Positions 26,501-33,087 of a DNA stretch of 33,087 nucleotides are shown here, piece after piece. Below the pieces are notes generated by a model, which saw nothing but the letters and a program-made list of their open reading frames with translations, did no database searches and was not told the origin of the DNA. Source of the DNA: Elusimicrobiota bacterium (GTDB lineage Bacteria > Elusimicrobiota > Elusimicrobia > UBA1565). The number at the start of each line of letters is the position of its first letter. The stretch's first letter is position 1. The stretch lies in the NCBI GenBank assembly GCA_043819795.1, contig JBDREN010000202.1, positions 1 through 33,087 of the forward strand. Direction: 5' to 3'. A program made the position numbers and the translations under genes.

Positions 26501-29500
26501 TCGGCGACCCGAAGGTCGACGCCGAGACCAAGGTCATGGCCGCGGCCCTGCTCGACAATTTCGACACAAAATCCTATTCGACGAGCGTCGATCCCGTCAA
26601 GGAACCGCTCAAGGCCGCGGAGCAGGCCGACACGTATCTGGCCGCGTCGCTCGTCGGCCGGTGGCTCCTGCTCGAGGCCGCGGAGAAGGCGGACGACGCG
26701 GCCTCGCTGCGCTCGATCACCAAGGATCTGCTCTGGATCCGCGACCTCCACCCCGGTTTCCTGCATCCCGACGCCAAGACCAAGGGGACCCTCCGCCATG
26801 GCTTCCGCAAGGGAGGGAACTTCCTCCTTCGCAACGAGCCCTACCGCTCCTTAATAAAGCAAGAGCACCCCTTCCGGGGGCTCAGCGTGCGCTGGGCTCT
26901 GATGCTCATGGACCGCCTGGACGCGCGGAAGGCCTGGCCGGACAAGGTCGAGGATCGCTTGCGCCTGCTCGACATGATGAACGCCACCGGCGAGTTCAAC
27001 GACCGCATCGAGCGCCGCATTTTGAAGACGGCCCACGAAGACCGCGCCGGGTTCCTGCGCTGGAAGAAGCAGGACGAGCGCTGGCTGCAAAGGATGCGCG
27101 GTAAGGACAACAAGGATTTGACGGTGCCCACCCCGGCCGGGCCCGTGCCCATGCCGATGGCCGCGCCGCTTCGCATCGTGCGCAACCCGCACCTGCGGGC
27201 CAGGCTGTTCTCTCTCCTGCCCGAGTCCAAGCTCTCCGAGCAGCCGCGCTTCGGCGCGTGGGCCCGCCTGAGGGGCTTCTGGCGGCTCGCGATGGCGTAC
27301 CGGCACGCGCGCGCGTTCTTCTCGCGCGAGTTCCTGGATGGGCTGCAGCGGGAGGGCAGTCTGGAGCGCAAGTTCTTCGACGCCCTGGAAGCCGCGGACC
27401 GGCTGTCGGAGAAGGCGACCGAAGAGGCCCTGGCCCGGTGGGACAAGGGCAAATTCACCCGGGACGACAAAGGGGTGATGTGGAGCCACTTCAAGGACCG
27501 TCGCTGGACGAAGCGCTGGCCCGGGATGCTCGCCCATGAGAAGGCGGAGGCGGCGTCCCACTACAAGCACCTCACCACGACCCGAGCTTTGATGGCGCTC
27601 GAGAGGCTCTACACCGCTTTCGTGAGCACCCAGGAGCCGGTCCTCAACGTCCTCCTCAAGAACTACCCCGAGCCCACGCGCTCCCGCGACGAGCTCCTGG
27701 AAGGCGTGCTCAAGGCCCGGCGCCTGACGCCCGGGGCCATAGCGGCCCTGGAAGCGCACAAGAGCTACCGCGCGCCCAACCCGGTGCGCAAGATGGAGAA
27801 GGACTTCCAGGACGTGGCGCTCGTGCAGATGCGCCGGTTCACGCCGGCCGAGCGCGTGGACATCCTCCTGCACGTGCTCGACGCCCAGCCGCTCACCCCC
27901 GCGAAGGAGCGCGCCTTCAATGAGCGCATCCTCTCGGGCGACCGCAAGCGCCTGGCCCGCGACCGGGGCTCGATCCGGAGCATCGGGCAGCTTAAGAACT
28001 ACCTGAGCCTGCTGCACCCGGTGGACCGGGCGGCCATGGTGCGCGCCCAGTTCTACGGGAGCCACGTGGGCAGCCAGTCCGCGCGCAAGGGCGGCCGGTT
28101 CGTGCCGCTCAGCGAAGCCCCGGAAGAGGTGGAGCGGCTCTTCGAAAAGCTCGTGATCGAGGGCCGGGACCTGCCGCCTTTCCTTCAGAAGCTCTTCCGC
28201 ATCCATTTCCGCATCCTGACCATGGACGAGCGGGCGCGGCTCATCTCCGGGATGGGGGCGTTCGAGGACATGGCTAGGGACATGAGCGGGCCCGAGGCCG
28301 TCAAGGTCGCTCTCAAGGGCATGGGCGTGACCGGGGCCAAGACGGCCCAGGTGCTGGCCACGCACAAGGGCGTGCTCCCCGAGGAGTACGCGGAAGCGCT
28401 CGATGGCTTCAAGGACCGGGCCCAGGAGATGCGCAAGACGCGCGCCCACGACCTCATGAGCGAGAAGCTCACCCGCATCGTGCGCTCGAAGGACGGCCTG
28501 GCCACCCGCAAGCCGCGCATGCTCCAGGAGATGCTCGAGGCCGCGAAGGTCGCGCTCCCCAAGGAGAGCGAGTCCATGCGGCAGCGCCTGGCCCGCGAGG
28601 TCCGCTACCTGCTGGCCGAGCAGGGCGCGCGGGTCACGGCCATCGAGAAGGTCGGGCCGGAGCTCGGCTCGGGCTCCATCAAGGTGGTCTACAAGGTCTA
28701 TCTGGACGACGGGCGGATCTGGGTGGCGAAGGTCCGCGCGCCGGGAGCGTCCTACCGCATCGGCCGCGAGTTCGAGATCATCAAGACGTTGATCGATAAG
28801 CTCGAGGCCTCGGGCGACCTGGACATGCCCGGGACCAGGCAGCTGTTGGACGAGGTCAAGAGCCTCGTCCAGGCGGAGATGGACTTCCGGGACGAGGCCG
28901 AGAAGGAGCGCGCCATGCGCAAGCGCGTGGTCGAGCGCCCCTGGTACGCGAAGCTCCTGTTCGCCTCCCCCCACATCCCGAACGCCCACCCGGCCTACGT
29001 GGGCGAGGACCTCTTCATCGAGGAATTCGTCCCCTCCCGGCGCTTCGCGGACCTCCCGCTTCGCTCTTTGATCGGCCCCAGCAAGCGCGTGATCGCGCGG
29101 CGGACCGTGGCCGAGGCCTCCTACGCGCTGATCGTGGACGAGTGGAACGAGCCCGACCCGCACACGGGCAACCGCTCCGCGCGCAGCAAGGGGATATTGG
29201 ACCGCATCCGGACCAAGTTGGTCGTCATAGACCTGGGCCAAGGCGCACATTCGCCCATCAAGCGGCTTCTGCCCATCATGAAGGCGGGGCTGGCGCTCGA
29301 GTCGGACGACCCGGCCGGCGCGGCGCGGCACCTGGTCTCTATCGTGAACATACCGGCCAAGCATACGGCCGAAAGCATCGCGGCCGCGGCCGAGCGCGGG
29401 CTGGCCAAGCGGCCCGAGGCCGGCACCATCGAGCGGATGATGGACGGACTCATCGAGGCCGAGAAGGAAGGCGCGATCGTGAAGCCGGAGTTCTCCGCCC

Positions 29501-29709
29501 TGCAGAAGAATTTCGTGATCATGGCCGGCTACTCCCCGTGGCTGCCCAAGAACTACGTCCTGCGCGCCACCGAGCGCGCCATGATGGTCCGCCTGTGGCG
29601 CGACGCGCCCGTCTCCCGCTGGAAGCTGGCGCGGCTGGGCCTCAAGCGAATGCTGTTCGGGACCGCCGCCGTCCGCGCCGACCTAGAGCGCGTCCTCGAC
29701 ACCCTATAA
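23539..29709 (+). CDS. Giant (~2,050 aa) signal-peptide protein: M48 Zn-metallopeptidase, long helical region, ABC1/UbiB-type atypical kinase
   Basis: Signal (M)KKAFSSVVAAALLVSSTGAPFSRAYA. M48: PNGF, LAFVIAHELQH, ELEAD, AGYDP, HP....R. ABC1: KTAQVLAT, LGSGSIKVVY, VAKVRAPG, EMDFRDEA, DPHTGN, IDLG. Start may be GTG 23521 or 23539. Confidence 0.85.
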   Translation: MKKAFSSVVAAALLVSSTGAPFSRAYAANVGAGVQVQTSGAPVVGPVGRSTVERLAGAGYSSTPLGRGPALGSLLPSADARTPVAGRSGAGSMALPAPATRTSARALPSGAVKSALSGPVAAPSGQARSGGAAASAHSSARTLSRGIGRAGAPSNVAFDAVFDGRRRAAGPADSAAPKSAGAVKSERIKRDKNDPIVSLIKVRRSVRKDAVNILKEHLGGQIADKKLHHDVQRVLARLLKAAGLPKEAAQIHIGNSFLPNGFTTNMPSEASYLSSNASSAKAFRVAHVFLSLGLLRSVQSEARLAFVIAHELQHNWRDHLKDVTGGHQMLGHFHELEADAEGIKLAAAAGYDPRDAIDSLYDLDLEFDRLEKKYSVLKRDRNDILESLQRLKDVHPDSDMRRASMADHMDEAMESYLAAGSPKPSGKTPVWMIRRDSAERPTTLERFEKRLNTALARPTMIDRLMALEGFVEALDDSLTAEHFAIIEEAYGALIDEARTLDELRPIGVSMRRSVRLGFPSARLMKRMLRRQVETVLKDLPERPTMTDLRMYRMPLDETVKRETALQILDQAKSRDELEAAFRSLTLEAENLGFNLEKVADEEAQKTLIDQVARRLWKSTRKVLEKESRAPPAPEAIIAEIRAKLSPAWLKGYRVGFDLQIIESAFGPEKFRSQTYRPSQLAALLKDGSLNRWKAEQPWLRKSFDGMDRWAQYHYTDIEVDLKGTGDVVYHRYYLKGLTSPSPEDRLDLARHFLDTATVPPAMVQLLRQEGRLHESLTAMIRDLGEVLRGKLAEGLLPHGKDVVLSEYVWRVGNLLDSALYQVRDLAETREVAATAWAEVSKLLKDPKVEEGFKEQEKTRTKLSEKFLNSVSAAVRRAVAARDHAGLGPDGTEIGRLSKLVREIDSTLRKMDGYQRVLGHARNLAALAGRKADYMAAYEDALPIAVEPPGFFATIGIWLRWRLRLAPWAKRMDEQPLTNQDFVHFLALIGDPKVDAETKVMAAALLDNFDTKSYSTSVDPVKEPLKAAEQADTYLAASLVGRWLLLEAAEKADDAASLRSITKDLLWIRDLHPGFLHPDAKTKGTLRHGFRKGGNFLLRNEPYRSLIKQEHPFRGLSVRWALMLMDRLDARKAWPDKVEDRLRLLDMMNATGEFNDRIERRILKTAHEDRAGFLRWKKQDERWLQRMRGKDNKDLTVPTPAGPVPMPMAAPLRIVRNPHLRARLFSLLPESKLSEQPRFGAWARLRGFWRLAMAYRHARAFFSREFLDGLQREGSLERKFFDALEAADRLSEKATEEALARWDKGKFTRDDKGVMWSHFKDRRWTKRWPGMLAHEKAEAASHYKHLTTTRALMALERLYTAFVSTQEPVLNVLLKNYPEPTRSRDELLEGVLKARRLTPGAIAALEAHKSYRAPNPVRKMEKDFQDVALVQMRRFTPAERVDILLHVLDAQPLTPAKERAFNERILSGDRKRLARDRGSIRSIGQLKNYLSLLHPVDRAAMVRAQFYGSHVGSQSARKGGRFVPLSEAPEEVERLFEKLVIEGRDLPPFLQKLFRIHFRILTMDERARLISGMGAFEDMARDMSGPEAVKVALKGMGVTGAKTAQVLATHKGVLPEEYAEALDGFKDRAQEMRKTRAHDLMSEKLTRIVRSKDGLATRKPRMLQEMLEAAKVALPKESESMRQRLAREVRYLLAEQGARVTAIEKVGPELGSGSIKVVYKVYLDDGRIWVAKVRAPGASYRIGREFEIIKTLIDKLEASGDLDMPGTRQLLDEVKSLVQAEMDFRDEAEKERAMRKRVVERPWYAKLLFASPHIPNAHPAYVGEDLFIEEFVPSRRFADLPLRSLIGPSKRVIARRTVAEASYALIVDEWNEPDPHTGNRSARSKGILDRIRTKLVVIDLGQGAHSPIKRLLPIMKAGLALESDDPAGAARHLVSIVNIPAKHTAESIAAAAERGLAKRPEAGTIERMMDGLIEAEKEGAIVKPEFSALQKNFVIMAGYSPWLPKNYVLRATERAMMVRLWRDAPVSRWKLARLGLKRMLFGTAAVRADLERVLDTL

Positions 29710-29851
29710 GGCGCCGGCTTGACTTTCGGGAAGTATTCGTAGTGGGCCGACAGGCATTGTCCCGATAGTCGAGCCTGACGCCGCAGCTGGCCTCGCGCAA
29801 ATATCCTTATTTATTAATTACTTTTTCATGACGGCTGTCAGGCATCTGTCC

Positions 29852-29880
29852 TTGAAATGTCAGCGCGCTCCGGCTAAGCT
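29852..29880 (+). promoter_or_regulatory. Probable sigma70 promoter
   Basis: TTGAAA-N17-TAAGCT lies upstream of a GGAGGT RBS. Confidence 0.55.
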
Positions 29881-29907
29881 ATCGTACGGGTATTTCGGAG
29901 GTGGAAC

Positions 29908-30567
29908 ATGCAGGCAAAATGAACGGGAACCTGGTTCTGCGCGTTGTTGGGACTTGTAACCCTGGCCGTGGTCATGAGCTTGGCGAAGCCGACCTACGCT
30001 CAGAATATGGGGCAAGGGCACGGACCGAGCGCCGCCTGCTCGGAAGCCCAGGTGATCATGCGGGACGCCGTCGCCTTGATGCGGGCCGCATGCTCGGGGA
30101 AGGAGGCTCCGACGCCGGCGCCCGGGCCGATCGATCTGAGCCGACTCGAACAGGACGGCTGGCTCCTGTTGACCGACAACGTCGCCAACCGGATCGGCAA
30201 CGGCACGAAGTACTATCTCTACGTCTACGAGGATCGCTACTACATGTCGCCCGCGACCACGCTGACCTGGAGTTGGGACGAAGGCCAGGAACTGACCGGG
30301 GAATACACCTACTTCGACGGCCAGCATGAGGGGACCGTCTCCTGCGAAGGCTACACGGGGGACCCTTGGGACCCCTGGGGCTGGAGCGCCGAGATCCCGA
30401 TGTGGGGGGTCGGTTGCAGCGAAGGCGGCGGCGGGAGCGAGAAGATCCTCACGTACTATGATAAGGACCCCGCCAATGCCCAGGGCTACGTATGCCAGGA
30501 CATCCCCGACGCCTTCGGGATCGGGGCCTGCGCCTGGGCGACGATGTACGTATTCGAGGCTTCGTAA
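29908..30567 (+). pseudogene. Secreted hypothetical protein interrupted by an in-frame TGA at codon 5
   Basis: GGAGGT + ATG 29908 gives MQAK*TGTWFCALLGLVTLAVVMSLAKPTYA-QN..., in frame with the 29944-30567 ORF (Trp/Tyr/Cys-rich mature part). Confidence 0.6.
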
Positions 30568-30607
30568 GCAAACGCGTCAGGCATAACCTGAAACCGGAAC
30601 TCCAGGA

Positions 30608-30640
30608 GAAGGGGGGGCCCCGGCGGGGCCCGCCCTTTTC
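30608..30640 (+). terminator. Probable terminator hairpin
   Basis: GAAGGGGGGGCCCC-GGC-GGGGCCCGCCCTTTTC. Confidence 0.55.
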
Positions 30641-30671
30641 CGGCGTCAGGCTTCAACTTATGAAACTTATT
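30640..30671. repeat. Dispersed copy of the intergenic repeat family
   Basis: CCGGCGTCAGGCTTCAACTTATGAAACTTATT matches 19494-19523 and 19623-19654. Confidence 0.75.
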
Positions 30672-30840
30672 GGCGCTGGCCCGGGCTCAGTTGCTCAGAG
30701 TAAGATACTGCCACCCGGTTTTCAACACGCAGACCCACAGTCTGGTGAACTTCGATCCTGAGGAGGGGCCATCCGCTGACCAATAATAAAAAGCTTTATT
30801 ATTAATGGTTCTTTTCGATGCCAAAGTCAGCCGATGTCCT

Positions 30841-30869
30841 TGGAAAGTCAGCGGGGCCGAAGCTATACT
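30841..30869 (+). promoter_or_regulatory. Probable sigma70 promoter
   Basis: TGGAAA-N17-TATACT. The region resembles the promoter at 29852. Confidence 0.55.
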
Positions 30870-30912
30870 ATCTTTGATTCGAGCGCTCGCGGCGCTTGAA
30901 AAGGGGGCGATC

Positions 30913-32859
30913 ATGGGGAAACTGATTCTCGTCGGCGCGTTGATTCTCGGACTACAGGGAGCGGCCCTGGCCGAGGCGCCTCCCGAGGAGGAATGGGCCA
31001 CGGAGTGGACCGGTGGGCCCACGAGTTGGGACACGCTGTACGGACAGTTCGTGGACGCCGAGGGAAGCGTGTTCTTGGTCGGGGAGTCCCGGGCGAACTA
31101 TCCGAGCGGGAAGTCCGACTGTTTCGTGGTCAAATTCAACGCGGACGGGAACCTGGCGTGGGAGGGGCGCTACGACGGCCCGCTGCACGGCTACGACGTC
31201 TGCTACGGGGGCGCCATCGACGCGGCGGGCAACATCTACGCGGTCGGCTGGACCCAGAACGACCCGGCCGAGTCCAACGACATCCTGACGGTGAGCTACG
31301 ACACCGACGGCAACCGGCGATGGGCGGCCGTACACGCCGGGGCCGCGCACCGGGCGGACGACGCCATCCCCGCGACGGTGGACGCCGCCGGGAACGTCAT
31401 CGTGGCCGGCCGCATCGATGCGGGCGGCGGCCAGCAGTTGGCGGTCCTCAAATACAGCTCCTCCGGGACTCTGCTGTGGGACGCCCTGTGCGAGACCTGC
31501 CCGACGAGCGCCCGGGCCCGGTACGTGACGACCGACGACGCCAACAACATCTACGCCGTCGGCGAGCAGAACGGCACCTCGCAGATCGCCATCGTGAGCT
31601 TCGACCCCGACGGGAATCAGCGCTGGGCCGCGAGCGCGGACGACCCCTACGACTCCTGCCGCGGCCTCGCCGTGGTGAACGGAAACGTATACGTCGCGGC
31701 CGTCGGAGGCACGCTGCAGGACCGCCAGCTCAGGACCATGAAATTCGACGCCGCGACCGGCTCGCCGATCTGGACGGCCCGCTACGACGAGTCGGATACG
31801 GACCACGTCAACGCCCTGGCCGTGGACGCGGCCGGCAACGCCTACATCACCGGGACGACGACGCCTCCCGGGGCGCCCACCCCCTACACGGGGGACATGC
31901 TCGTCGTGAAGTATGACGCCGACGGAGCGCAGTCCTGGGCGACGACCTTCGGCATCCCGGGCAAACGCGAGCAGTCCAACAATATCGCCGTGGACGGCGA
32001 TGGGAACGTCTACATCACCGGGACGGCCGAGGCGGCGACGGGCAACGCAGGGGGAGAGATCACGACCCTGAAGTTCGATTCCGACGGGGCCCTCCTCTGG
32101 TCCGCTGTGCATCCGGGCCCCGTGCCCAACCAGACCGACCAGGGCAAGTACCTCTTCCTGGACCCCTCCGGCGCCGTCTACGTGGCGGGCTTCGTGATCT
32201 ACGGCTTCCCGGAGTACAACGCCATCGCCATCAAGTACAGCTCCGGCGCCCCCGACGCGGACGGCGACGGGATCCCCGACGAGGAGGACAACTGCCCGGA
32301 CGCGCATAACCCCGACCAATCGGACGGCGACGGCGACGGCCCCGGCGACGCCTGCGACAACTGCCCGTTCGCGACCAACCCGGGCCAGACGGACGCGGAC
32401 GCGGACGGAGCGGGGGACGCCTGCGACAATTGTCCCGCGACGCCGAACCCCCTCCAGGCAGACGGCGACGGCGACGGGACGGGCGACGCGTGCGACGATT
32501 GCCCCGCCGACCCGAACAAGACCGAGCCCGGCGTATGCGGCTGCGGGGTGATCGACGACGCGGACGGGGACGGCTACAACGTCTGCGAGGACGACTGCGA
32601 CGACTCCGACGCGGACGTCAACCCCGGCGCCGAGGAGCTCTGCTACGACGGGCTGGACAACGACTGCGGCGGGATGATCGACAACGGCTGCGCGCCCGGC
32701 AAGGGCCCCGGCGGCCAGGGCCCGCCCGGGCCGGACGGCGACGGCCCTCCCGGCCTCAAGACCGCGCCAGGCCCCGACGGCGAGGGCCCGCCCGGGCTCG
32801 ATATCCGGAACCCGGGCCGGACCGGCGACGCCCCTCTGGGGAAGGCCAAGAAAGGCTGA
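30913..32859 (+). CDS. Secreted SBBP-type beta-propeller protein with thrombospondin type-3 repeats, a MopE-like Cys motif and a Gly-Pro tail
   Basis: Signal [20 protein letters not shown]. Blades xVDAAGNxYxxG....VKYDADG..W. [15 protein letters not shown] repeats, [25 protein letters not shown]. Confidence 0.88.
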   Translation: MGKLILVGALILGLQGAALAEAPPEEEWATEWTGGPTSWDTLYGQFVDAEGSVFLVGESRANYPSGKSDCFVVKFNADGNLAWEGRYDGPLHGYDVCYGGAIDAAGNIYAVGWTQNDPAESNDILTVSYDTDGNRRWAAVHAGAAHRADDAIPATVDAAGNVIVAGRIDAGGGQQLAVLKYSSSGTLLWDALCETCPTSARARYVTTDDANNIYAVGEQNGTSQIAIVSFDPDGNQRWAASADDPYDSCRGLAVVNGNVYVAAVGGTLQDRQLRTMKFDAATGSPIWTARYDESDTDHVNALAVDAAGNAYITGTTTPPGAPTPYTGDMLVVKYDADGAQSWATTFGIPGKREQSNNIAVDGDGNVYITGTAEAATGNAGGEITTLKFDSDGALLWSAVHPGPVPNQTDQGKYLFLDPSGAVYVAGFVIYGFPEYNAIAIKYSSGAPDADGDGIPDEEDNCPDAHNPDQSDGDGDGPGDACDNCPFATNPGQTDADADGAGDACDNCPATPNPLQADGDGDGTGDACDDCPADPNKTEPGVCGCGVIDDADGDGYNVCEDDCDDSDADVNPGAEELCYDGLDNDCGGMIDNGCAPGKGPGGQGPPGPDGDGPPGLKTAPGPDGEGPPGLDIRNPGRTGDAPLGKAKKG

Positions 32860-32883
32860 CCGACGACGTCCCGGCGGCGTCGG

Positions 32884-32955
32884 CGGCGTCAGGTGATGAG
32901 TTTGTTGAGTAACCCCGTTCTTGTCTGCCCGTTAGTTAACAAACTCAACACCTGA
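32884..32955. repeat. REPIN-like inverted pair with the right arm cut after CCTGA
   Basis: TCAGGTGATGAGTTTGTTGAGTAAC (32889-32913) versus GTTAGTTAACAAACTCAACACCTGA (32931-32955), 22/25 complementary. Same family as 20182-20254. Confidence 0.8.
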
Positions 32956-33087
32956 TAATCATCTAGAGGTCCCCTCCCGCAGGTTGTATTGTTTCGTTGC
33001 GAGACGAACATTCCAACCCGAGGAGGGGACAGATGAAATTATACGCAGGAATCGACCTGCATTCCAACAACAACGTGCTGGTGATCT
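32956..33087 (+). mobile_element. Left end of an IS110-family insertion sequence
   Basis: Structured non-coding leader followed by the transposase start. The boundary is inferred from where the repeat arm stops. Confidence 0.65.
33033..33087 (+). CDS. IS110-family (DEDD/RuvC-like) transposase, N-terminus only
   Basis: GAGGAGGGG RBS, then MKLYAGIDLHSNNNVLVI. YxGIDLH carries the first catalytic Asp of IS110 transposases. Confidence 0.8.
   Translation, partial: MKLYAGIDLHSNNNVLVI

Noticed and set aside
26851..29364. 837-aa minus-strand ORF
   Set aside because: Shadow of the giant M48-kinase gene with no recognisable domains.
29920..29922. Alternative genetic code or selenocysteine at the in-frame TGA
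   Set aside because: TGA is used as a normal stop in many genes here, including ATGA overlaps, and a signal-peptide n-region is not a Sec context.

Overview
High-GC bacterial window read with genetic code 11; the enzyme set points to an anaerobe. The style of the secreted and giant proteins tentatively suggests Elusimicrobiota (inference only). Left part: 3' end of a surface protein, an orphan receiver protein, ispH and a secreted 18-aa-repeat protein. Positions 3772-16985 form a tightly coupled redox operon: fused PFOR gamma-delta and alpha-beta, NfnB/SudA, NuoE/HydC-like, NuoF/HydB-like, an FdhA/NuoG-like subunit lacking catalytic residues, an atypical NfnA/SudB, and ppdK. An accessory region follows, with a hybrid kinase, an ICMT-family protein, a CDGSH protein, an unlisted 34-aa basic protein, beta-propeller/TSP3 secreted proteins, a truncated collagen-like gene, a nitroreductase and a ~2,050-aa signal-peptide protein fusing an M48 metallopeptidase to an ABC1/UbiB-type kinase. 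A REP/REPIN-like palindromic repeat family recurs in the intergenic regions. The window ends at the start of an IS110-family transposase that appears to sit in one of these repeats. Best candidates for undescribed systems: the Nfn-split/HydABC-like redox module, the M48-ABC1 giant protein, and the repeat family with its IS110 element.
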